DNA of 64,000 nt from positions 2,624,001 to 2,688,000 of the forward strand of contig CBDCTH010000012.1 in assembly GCA_965222155.1 (NCBI GenBank). The letters are read 5' to 3'. The position numbers were made by a program, and so were the translations under genes. Of this stretch, positions 9,660 to 19,359 are shown piece after piece (the stretch's first letter is position 1; each line of letters opens with the position of its first letter). Under the pieces are notes generated by a model, which ran no database searches, was not told where the DNA came from, and saw nothing but the letters and a program-made list of their open reading frames with translations. Source of the stretch: Gammaproteobacteria bacterium. Lineage in GTDB: Bacteria > Pseudomonadota > Gammaproteobacteria > Eutrophobiales > Eutrophobiaceae.

Positions 9660-12600
9660 ATGCAACCAACTCAATATATCAAACTCGAGCAGCGTCTCAT
9701 CCTGCTTGCCTGGCTGAATGACCTGTTCGGTTATAAAAACAACCAGGAGATTCTGCAGGATATCAGGGAATCAGATGAAGGTTTTGACGCTGAAGGTCGA
9801 ACTCATATCTACCGCCGACTGATGTCTAGGGGCGGGAGAGTTCGTATCCCGCGAGATGACCTGGAGCGTTACGACCACAACCTGCGCGTCCACCTGCGAG
9901 CTATCAGCACACGACGACCGGGGCTTAAACTCAAATACTTTCAATACCTCGCCGCACTTTATACTGAGATTTTCCTGGATGGCTATTTCAGTAACCGGGC
10001 GAACATGCTCCTATTGTTAAATGATTTCCTGGTTCGTTATAACGCCAGCGCAGGCGTACTTTCAGAGGAAAAATTTGTCGAAACCGACCTGAAAAAACTG
10101 GCCTTCTGGATGGCAACGGGCAGCGGTAAGACCTTGATCATGCATCTGAACTATCATCAGTTCCTGCACTACAACTACGCAGCACTGGATAACATCCTGT
10201 TGATCACCCCAAATGAAGGACTAAGCGAACAACACCTCATTGAGATGGAGTTGTCGGGTATTCCGGTGAGACGCTTTGACCTGAATGAGAGTGGCCTGCT
10301 GATGACCAAGAAGGATACAGTCCGGGTCCTTGAAATTACCAAGCTGGTCCAGGAGAAACGCGGTGGCGGAGAACGCGTGCCCGTGGAAGCGTTTACGGGT
10401 AACAACCTGATATTTGTGGACGAGGGGCATAAAGGTTCCGGCGGAGAAGCGTGGCTTAAGTTGCGCAATGCCTTGGGTGAGACAGGGTTTACCTTTGAAT
10501 ACAGCGCCACTTTCGGCCAGGCTTTGACGGCAACGCGTAACGACCCACTGACGAAGGAATACGGCAAGGCTATTGTCTTCGACTATTCCTATCGTTATTT
10601 CTACGGTGATGGCTACGGCAAGGACTTTCGCATCCTTAACCTGGTAGAAGAAACCTCTGAGGAGACAACAAATATTCTGCTCCTAGGTAACCTGTTGTCA
10701 TTTTATCAGCAAAAAAGCCTGTTTACGGAGCGAAAGCAAGACTTGCGGCCCTATAACCTGGAGAAACCGCTATGGGTGTTTGTGGGCAGCACGGTAAACG
10801 CGGTTTATACCAAGGACAAACAGACACGCAGTGATGTTCTAACGACAGCCAGATTTTTACATCATGTATTAAAGAATAAAATCTGGACGGTTCAGGCCAT
10901 CAACAAACTATTAAATGGAAACAGCGGCCTGGTGACGCCCGATGGGGAAGATGTATTCAAGGACAAATTCGGCTACTTGAAGAGCAGTGGTATGAATTCC
11001 GCGCAGATCTACGCTGATATCCTCGCCAAAGTGTTTCATGCGCCTGCTGGCGGTGGACTTCACCTATGCAGTATCCGCAAGAGTAAGGGAGAAATAGGAT
11101 TGAAGGCGGGGAATGCCGAGGTGTACTTCGGATTGATCTATATCGGAGACGTCGCTAAATTCAAAAAACTGGTAGAACAGGATGATGCCGGCATAATACT
11201 TGAAGAAGACGCAGTGGCTGATTCTCTGTTCGGTGGCATCGGCGCGCCAGAGACGAGTATTGACATTCTGATCGGCGCAAAAAAATTCATGGAAGGCTGG
11301 AATTCCTGGAGAGTATCCAACATGGGGCTGTTGAATATCGGCCAAAGGGAAGGTTCCGAGATCATTCAATTGTTTGGGCGCGGTGTAAGACTTCAAGGCC
11401 GGGGATACAGTCTTAAGCGTAGCGCTGCACTGGACGGTGAACATCCCACATATCTGGATTTGCTGGAAACGCTGAACATCTTCGCAGTTCGCGCCAATTA
11501 TATGGCGCAGTTTCGTACTTACCTGGAGCGGGAAGGCGTTGATACCGGTGGACATAAGGAATTACATCTAGCTATTCGCGCTGATGAGCGCTTCCTTGGT
11601 AGTGGGTTGGTCGTTCCGCGTACCCCGGAGGGTCAAAGTTTCTTTGAGCAGGAGAATGTCTTTCTCAATAAGGATGAAGCCGCAAAGGTCTCCCTGGACC
11701 TTTCAACGAAAGTCCGCGTCATGGAAAGCGTGCAGGACGGTGTGAGAGAAGCCGAATTTCAGGCCGGACAGCACCGACCCATACCGGATGAAAGCCTCGA
11801 TCTCGTAGACTGGCACAAGGTATACCTGGAACTAATGGAATATAAGGAAAATAAGGGTTGGATTAATTTTGCCCTGACACCGGCAGCGGCCAGAGAAATA
11901 ATGGAGACGAAAGAACCCGTCAGACTATACAGCCTGATAGCCGACGACTCGGTTATCAAACCAAATTCTTATGCCGCCGTTACCCGCCTGCACGAGGTGG
12001 TGGTTTCAATCCTGAGAAAATATATGGACAAGTTTTACCGCGTGCAGCGAGAACGCTGGGAGTCAGAGAATATGCGCTACGAAAAACTCGGGATGGAGGA
12101 CGCAAATTTTCAGGACTATACGTTGCGGATAGCCAGTGATGAGAACGAACTGATAAAAGCCATTGAAGACTTGCTGCGAGAGGGCGAGCGTATCTATAGA
12201 GAAGAAACCAGTGAGTTACCGAATGTTTACTTCGATCGGCACCTCTATCAGCCACTGCTAATTGAGAGGGGAGGAAAGGTAAAGAGCACACCGCCGGGAT
12301 TGAATATAAACGAACAACGATTCGTCAAGGATTTGCGCGATTATTGTCTATTGCATAAAGACAATTTTTTAACTGACAAGGAAATTTACCTCCTGCGCAA
12401 CTTGAGCCGGGGCAAGGGGATAGGCTTTTTTGAGACTTCGGGCTTTTACCCTGATTTTATCCTGTGGATCAAAGACGCCCAAGGCCAGCGCATCGTGTTC
12501 ATTGAACCTCACGGCATGTTAAATGCACGTTCATACGAGTATGACGACAAGGCGCAGTTACACGAACGCCTGCCGGAATTTGCCAAAAAAATAGGCAAGC

Positions 12601-12791
12601 GAAGTGGATATCAGGATGTAAAATTGGACTCGTTCATTGTCTCAAGTACACCCTACCAGGCATTATGGGACAGGTACGGTGATGCTTCCTGGGGCCTGGA
12701 GCGGTTTGCTCAAGCCCATATTTTCTTCCCGGAACAGGGAGAGAATTACGATTACATCGCAGCCATTATGCAATCAGGAAAAGCAAACTAG
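9660..12791 (+). CDS. res: Type III RM restriction subunit (SF2 helicase plus PD-(D/E)xK nuclease)
   Basis: MATGSGKT, FVDEGH, EYSATF, QLFGRGVRL, C-term FYPDFILW..FIEPHG. Confidence 0.9.
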   Translation: MQPTQYIKLEQRLILLAWLNDLFGYKNNQEILQDIRESDEGFDAEGRTHIYRRLMSRGGRVRIPRDDLERYDHNLRVHLRAISTRRPGLKLKYFQYLAALYTEIFLDGYFSNRANMLLLLNDFLVRYNASAGVLSEEKFVETDLKKLAFWMATGSGKTLIMHLNYHQFLHYNYAALDNILLITPNEGLSEQHLIEMELSGIPVRRFDLNESGLLMTKKDTVRVLEITKLVQEKRGGGERVPVEAFTGNNLIFVDEGHKGSGGEAWLKLRNALGETGFTFEYSATFGQALTATRNDPLTKEYGKAIVFDYSYRYFYGDGYGKDFRILNLVEETSEETTNILLLGNLLSFYQQKSLFTERKQDLRPYNLEKPLWVFVGSTVNAVYTKDKQTRSDVLTTARFLHHVLKNKIWTVQAINKLLNGNSGLVTPDGEDVFKDKFGYLKSSGMNSAQIYADILAKVFHAPAGGGLHLCSIRKSKGEIGLKAGNAEVYFGLIYIGDVAKFKKLVEQDDAGIILEEDAVADSLFGGIGAPETSIDILIGAKKFMEGWNSWRVSNMGLLNIGQREGSEIIQLFGRGVRLQGRGYSLKRSAALDGEHPTYLDLLETLNIFAVRANYMAQFRTYLEREGVDTGGHKELHLAIRADERFLGSGLVVPRTPEGQSFFEQENVFLNKDEAAKVSLDLSTKVRVMESVQDGVREAEFQAGQHRPIPDESLDLVDWHKVYLELMEYKENKGWINFALTPAAAREIMETKEPVRLYSLIADDSVIKPNSYAAVTRLHEVVVSILRKYMDKFYRVQRERWESENMRYEKLGMEDANFQDYTLRIASDENELIKAIEDLLREGERIYREETSELPNVYFDRHLYQPLLIERGGKVKSTPPGLNINEQRFVKDLRDYCLLHKDNFLTDKEIYLLRNLSRGKGIGFFETSGFYPDFILWIKDAQGQRIVFIEPHGMLNARSYEYDDKAQLHERLPEFAKKIGKRSGYQDVKLDSFIVSSTPYQALWDRYGDASWGLERFAQAHIFFPEQGENYDYIAAIMQSGKAN

Positions 12792-12795
12792 CCGT

Positions 12796-13731
12796 TTATT
12801 TGGAAGCATAGAGATACAGCATTTCCAGTGCCAGGCTGGCGCCGGCGAGTGAGGTGATCTCCCCCACGTCATAATCCGGGGCAACCTCGACCAGGTCCAT
12901 GCCGACCAGGTTGATGCCGGCGAGGCCGCGCAGGATCTGCTGGGCCTGGTGCGTGGACAGGCCGCCGATAACCGGTGTGCCTGTACCCGGGGCATAGCTG
13001 GGGTCCAGACAGTCTATATCGAAGGTGAGGTAACAGGCGTCATCACCGACGACCCGCCTTATCTCATCCACCACGGCGTCACAGCCGTGTTCATGCACCC
13101 ACGGCGCTTTCAACTGGTTGAATCCCCACGAATCCTTGTTGAAGGTACGCAATCCTACCTGTATGGACCGCGCGGGATCGATCACCCCCTGTTTTGCGGC
13201 ATGATAAAACATGGTGCCGTGATCAACCCGGTCTTCCTCATCCTCCCAGGTATCCGAATGGGCGTCGAAATGGATTAAAGACAGCGGTCCGTATTTTTCT
13301 GCATGGGCCTGGAGAATGGGGTAAGTAATAAAATGATCGCCTCCCAGTGACAACAATCCGACGTCCTGGGAGATGATTTCGGTCGTATGCTCCCTGATAT
13401 CCGACGGGATGGTCTCCGGGAAACCGAAGTCGAATTCGCAATCGCCGTAATCGATCACCGCCAGTCTATCGAAGGCATCGAAACCCCAGTCATCCAGCCT
13501 GGCCCAGCTCAATTGGCTGGAAGCCTGGCGTATGGCGCGCGGGCCAAACCTTGCGCCGGGCCGGTTTGACGTGGCCGTATCCAGCGGTATCCCTGTGACT
13601 GCCACGTCGACACCCTCAAGGTTCCGGGTGTATTTGCGCCGCATGAAGCTGAGGACGCCGCTATAGGTCGGCTCGGCCCGGGTGCCGCGCAGGTCATCCC
13701 GGTGGATTGCCTGGTCGATGTTAACCCGCAT
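12796..13731 (-). CDS. speB: Agmatinase (ureohydrolase family)
   Basis: GGDH, HFDAHSD, TFDIDCLDP, APGTGTP. Confidence 0.9.
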   Translation of the reverse strand: MRVNIDQAIHRDDLRGTRAEPTYSGVLSFMRRKYTRNLEGVDVAVTGIPLDTATSNRPGARFGPRAIRQASSQLSWARLDDWGFDAFDRLAVIDYGDCEFDFGFPETIPSDIREHTTEIISQDVGLLSLGGDHFITYPILQAHAEKYGPLSLIHFDAHSDTWEDEEDRVDHGTMFYHAAKQGVIDPARSIQVGLRTFNKDSWGFNQLKAPWVHEHGCDAVVDEIRRVVGDDACYLTFDIDCLDPSYAPGTGTPVIGGLSTHQAQQILRGLAGINLVGMDLVEVAPDYDVGEITSLAGASLALEMLYLYASK

Positions 13732-13790
13732 ATACGGTCTGCCCCTTATTTACCCGTTTTAGTGACGACGGGTACATACTTCCTACTTTA

Positions 13791-14180
13791 TCAACACGAA
13801 TCAATTATCAGGTCCGCATGCCGTGCCAGCACGTCGAAATCAATGCCGTTATGAAGGATGGGCACGTCGGCGCGAAGGGCGATGGAACTAATAAGACAAT
13901 CGATCAGCTTGCGAACGGTCTCTCCCTCTCGGCGACAGAGCCGATAAAGCGTAGCCGCATCGTCGTAGTCCGCCGGCTGTGTAGGAATCACGGTAGCCCG
14001 CGCCAGCAACCGGCGAAGGTTGTGCAGGTGTCGTTCGTCGCGCGCGCCAGCAAGCACCTCCATCCGAACCGCATCGCAGGTCGCAATCTCGCCTTCAAGC
14101 AGGACCTCGACGCGATTACAGGTTGCAGACCCGGTGTCCCGAAGAAACTCAACCCACGCGGACGTATCGACCAGAATCAC
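13791..14180 (-). CDS. vapC: VapC PIN-domain toxin
   Basis: [20 protein letters not shown]; coupled to upstream antitoxin. Confidence 0.9.
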   Translation of the reverse strand: MILVDTSAWVEFLRDTGSATCNRVEVLLEGEIATCDAVRMEVLAGARDERHLHNLRRLLARATVIPTQPADYDDAATLYRLCRREGETVRKLIDCLISSIALRADVPILHNGIDFDVLARHADLIIDSC

Positions 14181-14380
14181 ATCAGACGACTGGACCGCAA
14201 CTCGTCAAGGTTGCCCTCCCAACCCGACCCGCGAAGCCGCCGCGCTTCATTGACATCAAGAGGCTCCGCCGCAAGGGTTCGCAGCGCGAAGTTGACCGCC
14301 TCGCGCTTCGTCGTCAGACGGTAACGACGCATGACTTCCGCGCATGCCGTATCGTCGATATCCACATTGGTGCGTGACAT
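14177..14380 (-). CDS. vapB: VapB antitoxin (67 aa)
   Basis: [31 protein letters not shown]; start reassigned to ATG at 14380. Confidence 0.88.
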   Translation of the reverse strand: MSRTNVDIDDTACAEVMRRYRLTTKREAVNFALRTLAAEPLDVNEARRLRGSGWEGNLDELRSSRLM

Positions 14381-14714
14381 ACACACAGCATACACCACGA
14401 TCGGATAGTAGTCAAAAAAATTTGAATATTTGCTGTGTAACTCATTAGGGAGATAGGCGATGCCAGCGCGCAGAACCCCCACCCCGTCCGAAAGAGGGCG
14501 GGTTGACCATGATAACACGGTGTTGTGGCGAAACTCCCTGTGCCATGATAGCTGCCCCGCGATTATGGCTTCATGTCGGATCAGGTTTGCGCCACGGCAC
14601 CTGTGATAGCAGCATATTGCCACAGCTCTGCGTGTGAACCAACCAACGCCGGCATTTCTGCCCGCAGTTACATACCGGCGGGGTGTGCAATGCACTGATC
14701 ATGAACGTTTGGGG

Positions 14715-15365
14715 TCAGTATAAAAACTCGGTAAGTTTTTCCACTGAACAATGCCGGCAATAGCTGTCATTAGCACACTGTTCCTTGGCGTGCCTGACGA
14801 TCAATGCATGATACTCATTATACAGTGTATGGTCAGCAGACAGACAGGACTCGAATAGTTGTCGTAGGACCTCATAATCTTCGTTACCCTGAATCAGGCT
14901 CAGTTTCTTTAACAGGCGGCGGGTGTAGTTATCTATGACAAACACCGGGTGCCCAAAGGCATAGAGCAAAATATCATCAGCGGTTTCAGGGCCGATACCG
15001 TTGATTGACAGTAATGCCCGCCTGAGCTTGTCTGTGTTCCATTGTGCTACTGCGTTCAGTCCGCCCTGCAACTGCAACCAACCGCACAGGTTTTTTAACC
15101 TTTGTGCCTTCACGTTGAAGAAACCGGAAGATTTGATCAACCCGGCCAATTCATCGCGAGGCAGTGCGACAATATGATCCAACTCAAGCTGATCGGCATT
15201 TTGCAACCTGGTTATTGCCTTTTCAACGTTCTTCCAACTGGTGTTCTGGGTCAGCACGGCACCGACGATCACTTCGAAGGATGATTTTGCCGGCCACCAA
15301 TGCTGTGGACCATAGGCGTCCAACAGCCGATCGTACAGCGCCGACAATTTATCGCAGTTACCCAT
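14715..15365 (-). CDS. Endonuclease III-like HhH-GPD DNA glycosylase
   Basis: GPQHWWP, GAVLTQNTSW, INGIGPETADDILLY, FVIDNYTRR; only three C-terminal Cys. Confidence 0.85.
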   Translation of the reverse strand: MGNCDKLSALYDRLLDAYGPQHWWPAKSSFEVIVGAVLTQNTSWKNVEKAITRLQNADQLELDHIVALPRDELAGLIKSSGFFNVKAQRLKNLCGWLQLQGGLNAVAQWNTDKLRRALLSINGIGPETADDILLYAFGHPVFVIDNYTRRLLKKLSLIQGNEDYEVLRQLFESCLSADHTLYNEYHALIVRHAKEQCANDSYCRHCSVEKLTEFLY

Positions 15366-15516
15366 AATGTTATATTTTTGCTGTCATAATGGTTCCGGGA
15401 CCAGTATACAGTCATTCCTGACAAGGAATGTCTATTCACTGGATTTCCATCCTTTGGTTCGTTGACGGCACATCCATGTGCCACTACTCTGCTTGCGCTG
15501 GAATGGCGAGGTTGCA

Positions 15517-16395
15517 ATGAATAATAAAGACGACATCTATATCGGGCGCTTTGCCCCTACTCCCAGCGGACCCCTGCACTTCGGGTCCATCGTTGCGGCG
15601 CTGGCAAGCTATCTTGATGCCAGGCATAACGCCGGCAAGTGGTTGTTGAGGATTGAGGACATTGATGCGCCGCGGGTAAGAATCGGAGCAGACCGGCAGA
15701 TCATCGATACTCTGGAGATCCTCGGTCTGGAATGGGACGGCGCAATCGTTTACCAGAGTGAGCGCCTGGAACGATATGAACAGGCCTTGGCGCTGCTGGC
15801 CGATAGTGACCTGTTGTACCGCTGCTATTGCCCCAGGAAGATCACCAAGGGAAAACCTTATCCGGGCACGTGCAGGGTGCGCACAAGTCAGGATCAAAAG
15901 CCCCATTCCCTGCGAGTGAAAACGCCGGATAGATCAATTACCTATGATGACGCAATTCAAGGTCGCCTGGCAGGACGGTTGAAAGAACTGACCGGAGATT
16001 TCATACTGCGCCGTTCGGACGGGTTGATTGCCTATAACCTGGCAGTGATCATTGACGACGCCGGCCAGGATATTACCCGCGTAGTGCGCGGCGCCGATCT
16101 GGTCGATACCACTTTCAACCAGATCTACTTGCAATCCACCCTCAACCTCCCTACGCCGAGCTATGCTCATCACCCACTTGTGGTTGATGGCACGAGGAAG
16201 AAAATCAGCAAACAGGATAGCGCGACGGATGTACTGACGGGAGTCTCTCCGGAGGCGGTTCTGCTGCGTGCGTTACGCTTCCTGGGCCAAGCGCCCGACC
16301 CAAAACTGGCCCATGCCAACAAGCGGGAAATCCTGGCCTGGGCAGTCACCTACTGGAAAATCGACATGGTTTCCAGCCGGTCGCCTACGGGCTAA
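15517..16395 (+). CDS. gluQ: Glutamyl-queuosine tRNA(Asp) synthetase
   Basis: GRFAPTPSGPLHFGS, LRIEDID, VVRGADL, KISKQ; no anticodon-binding domain. Confidence 0.9.
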   Translation: MNNKDDIYIGRFAPTPSGPLHFGSIVAALASYLDARHNAGKWLLRIEDIDAPRVRIGADRQIIDTLEILGLEWDGAIVYQSERLERYEQALALLADSDLLYRCYCPRKITKGKPYPGTCRVRTSQDQKPHSLRVKTPDRSITYDDAIQGRLAGRLKELTGDFILRRSDGLIAYNLAVIIDDAGQDITRVVRGADLVDTTFNQIYLQSTLNLPTPSYAHHPLVVDGTRKKISKQDSATDVLTGVSPEAVLLRALRFLGQAPDPKLAHANKREILAWAVTYWKIDMVSSRSPTG

Positions 16396-17632
16396 GCGCG
16401 CCTATTGGTATAACTGCAATGCCATCCTCCCGCCGGTATCCATAGCCGGAACTTACAATCACACCCAGGATTCCCGGGTTACCGCATTTGCCCAGGTTGA
16501 GGCGATCGCGAAACTTGAGCAGAGCGGCGGCGGCTTCGTCTACCTGACTAACCCCTAGTTTGACCTCGAATGCACACCAGTCTCCGTTCCTGCGTTGTAC
16601 GATTGCGTCAACTTCAAGACCGGTGTTGTCGCGGTAATGATAGACATCGGCGTCGGCAACGCGCCCATAAATGTTGAGTTCCCTGAAGACCAGGGATTTA
16701 AACAACAGACCCAGCAGGTTCAGGTCCTGTAGCAGGCGCTCCGGATTTGCCCGAAGCGCGGCAACGGCCAGGGACGGGTCCACGAAATGTCGTTTCACTG
16801 ATGTGCGCTGGAAGGCCTTTGAGCGCAAGTGAGTCGGCCATGCCGGTTGTTCCTCGCAAATCATGAGTCGGACCAGAGCCGACAGGTAGTCTCGAACGGT
16901 GTCATTGTTGAGTGGCCCATCCGCGCCGCCCGCGTCGACGGCTATCGTTCGGGCGCTGACCTCTGTGGCTGTATTACGCGCCAATGAGCGAATAACCCTG
17001 GTCACCTTATCCGGATCTCGCCGGACTCCATCCAACCGCCTGATATCAAGTCGTTGTATTTCCTCCAGGTAGTCCCGTTGCGCCCTCAGACTCGCGTTAA
17101 GTTGCAGGTTCAGGCTGCCCGGCCAACCGCCCCGGCACAACTGCTCGGTAATGTCACCCAGTTTATGTCCGGGATCTCCGCTGCCGGAAAAGTGTCCGTC
17201 AAACAAATCACGAAGGGATACTTCGGCGGAGGAAAAACCGGTTTCCACCAAGCTCATGGTGCGTAATCGGAGGCGGGAAATCCTGCCCGCACCAGTATGA
17301 CGGGTAATGTCATCGGTAGGTACGGCTGAGCCGGTAAGTATGAATTGTCCGGTTCCCTGACGTTGATCGGCCATCCGCCGAACATGATTCCAAATTACAG
17401 GTTCGACCTGCCATTCATCAATCAGCCTGGGTGTTTCCCCGGTAAGTACCAGCGTGGGGTCCACCGCTATGGCGCGACGTGCATTCTCATCAACGTCCAG
17501 CAGGACTTCACTTTTCGCGACTTGTCTTGCCATAGCCGTCTTGCCGCAGGCTTTGGGACCCTCAATTACAACAACGCCGGCAGAACCTAACCGGTCGGCG
17601 AGTTCTTTATCTGCTATTCTGGGGCGGTACAC
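16385..17632 (-). CDS. AAA_14 ATPase with DUF4143 / PD-(D/E)xK C-terminus
   Basis: GPKACGKT, LIDEWQ, FILTGSA, YRDNTGLEVDAI..FEVK. Confidence 0.88.
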   Translation of the reverse strand: MYRPRIADKELADRLGSAGVVVIEGPKACGKTAMARQVAKSEVLLDVDENARRAIAVDPTLVLTGETPRLIDEWQVEPVIWNHVRRMADQRQGTGQFILTGSAVPTDDITRHTGAGRISRLRLRTMSLVETGFSSAEVSLRDLFDGHFSGSGDPGHKLGDITEQLCRGGWPGSLNLQLNASLRAQRDYLEEIQRLDIRRLDGVRRDPDKVTRVIRSLARNTATEVSARTIAVDAGGADGPLNNDTVRDYLSALVRLMICEEQPAWPTHLRSKAFQRTSVKRHFVDPSLAVAALRANPERLLQDLNLLGLLFKSLVFRELNIYGRVADADVYHYRDNTGLEVDAIVQRRNGDWCAFEVKLGVSQVDEAAAALLKFRDRLNLGKCGNPGILGVIVSSGYGYRREDGIAVIPIGALSP

Positions 17633-17696
17633 GTTGTTTCACCTGACAGGTAAACCTGGTTGTTACTGCATTCATAATATACAACATAGAATCATT

Positions 17697-17765
17697 TAAA
17701 CCTGGTATATTTAATGCTTTTATCCCGGTATATGTAACGATTTCAACCCGGTATATGTAATATGT
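17697..17765. repeat. Three ~22-23 bp-spaced direct repeats CC(C/T)GGTATAT(G/T)TAA
   Basis: Copies at ~17701, ~17723, ~17746 upstream of the AAA gene. Confidence 0.75.
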
Positions 17766-17900
17766 TTATCCTGTGACTCACAACATTTTATTTCGTTAAT
17801 TTCTTGAAATTGCTAATATAATACAGGGGGTTCAACGCAAACATTTTATGCCATCCACGGCATAGAAAAAGTCAAGGGTTTCGCTATATATCGGATTAAT

Positions 17901-19166
17901 ATGCAAGTCATCATTATCGGGAGCGGTGTAACGGGGATAACAACGGCGTATTACCTGCGGCAATACGGGGCTGACGTAACAGTCCTGGAACGGACTCAGG
18001 GAGCTGGTCTGGAAACCAGTTTTGGCAACGGCGGCGGTTTGACAGCAGGCGTTGTCGAGCCGTGGAATTCGCCGGGGATACACAAAGTGCTGCTGCAATC
18101 CCTGGGCCATAAAGACGCACCCATACTGTTACGAGCCATGGCAATCCCCGGAATGATGTCCTGGGGTATCCGGTTTTTGTGGGCGTCACGGCAAGACGCA
18201 TATATTGAAAATATCAGACGTAATTCCGTTCTGGCCAGGTACTCTCTTGCTCTCATGAAGCAAATCCGGGAAGAGACCGGGATCGAGTATCGACTTTCCG
18301 ATACAGGCACGCTGCTTGTGTTTCGCGACCAGGATTCCCTGGATAGCCACGTTGAACATGCCAGTTTTCTGGGCGAAGAGTGCGCTGTGAATCACAAGGT
18401 ATTGGATACCCGTGAACTGACCGCACTGGAACCCTCCTTGCAGCCGGTTCAGGCTCGACTCTCGGGAGGGATACACTTTCCCGATGATGAAGGCGGTGAT
18501 TGCCATATTTTTTGCAGGAAACTTGCTGACATACTGGCGAGCCGAAATGTACGGTTTCGCTACGGCGCCATTGTCACGAAAATAATTCAACAAGACGCAT
18601 TATTTAAAGTTGAACTGGCGGGAGGCGAAATTATAAAGGCTGATACGGTAGTCATTGCGGCTGGCACCTACAGTCCAATCATCGTGCGTCCGCTGGGTAT
18701 CCGGATTCCCATCTACCCGGTAAAAGGCTATTCCCTGACGATACCCATGGAAGGCTGGGCGAACAGGCCGCGACACCTGGTCGGCGACATGGGCGTACAT
18801 GCCGTGGCCAATCCGCTGGGAGGCGAGGTTTTGCGGGTTGCAGGGACTGCGGAGTTCACGGGTTACGACAGGACAATCCCCGCTGAACGGGTAGCTAACC
18901 TGATTCGGCTTGTGGAAGCCATATTTCCTGAATTTGCCGGGATCATGGACCGGGACGCACTCAACCCATGGACAGGATTACGACCGATGAGCAGCGACGG
19001 CGTGCCGATACTCGGGAAAACCTCGATTAGGGGCCTTTACCTGAACACCGGCCACGGTCATCTCGGCTGGACGTCGGCGGCGGCATCGGGCCGGGTTCTG
19101 GCGGATACCATCATGGGGCAACCGCCGGAAGTGGACATGAGTCTTTATTCAATAGACAGGTTCTGA
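17901..19166 (+). CDS. dadA: D-amino acid dehydrogenase (FAD)
   Basis: IIGSGVTG, ETSFGNGG, PVKGYSLT, WTGLRPM, NTGHGHLGWT. Confidence 0.8.
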   Translation: MQVIIIGSGVTGITTAYYLRQYGADVTVLERTQGAGLETSFGNGGGLTAGVVEPWNSPGIHKVLLQSLGHKDAPILLRAMAIPGMMSWGIRFLWASRQDAYIENIRRNSVLARYSLALMKQIREETGIEYRLSDTGTLLVFRDQDSLDSHVEHASFLGEECAVNHKVLDTRELTALEPSLQPVQARLSGGIHFPDDEGGDCHIFCRKLADILASRNVRFRYGAIVTKIIQQDALFKVELAGGEIIKADTVVIAAGTYSPIIVRPLGIRIPIYPVKGYSLTIPMEGWANRPRHLVGDMGVHAVANPLGGEVLRVAGTAEFTGYDRTIPAERVANLIRLVEAIFPEFAGIMDRDALNPWTGLRPMSSDGVPILGKTSIRGLYLNTGHGHLGWTSAAASGRVLADTIMGQPPEVDMSLYSIDRF

Positions 19167-19192
19167 TAGCGGGGCTATTAGAACTCAGATAC

Positions 19193-19269
19193 TTGGGGTC
19201 AGAGTAAAAATACGGTCAGTCTGGCAAGAAGTGGTGGTATAGGATTATGTTTTTTTACTCTGACCCCAA
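19193..19269. repeat. REP-like element family B (TTGGGGTCAGAGTAAAAA...TTTTTACTCTGACCCCAA)
   Basis: ~18-bp inverted termini; related copies at 23607-23680 and a half copy at 14709-14736. Confidence 0.85.
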
Positions 19270-19359
19270 ATATGCGACAGGTATTGATAGGAGCGTTATT
19301 AGAACTTATACGCTGATTTGTGTATAGTAAATCGCATCACCCGATTTCAACAGAATTAC

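Noticed and set aside
14381-14695. Long N-terminal extension of VapB
   Set aside because: Family similarity starts at MSRTNV; the upstream part looks non-coding
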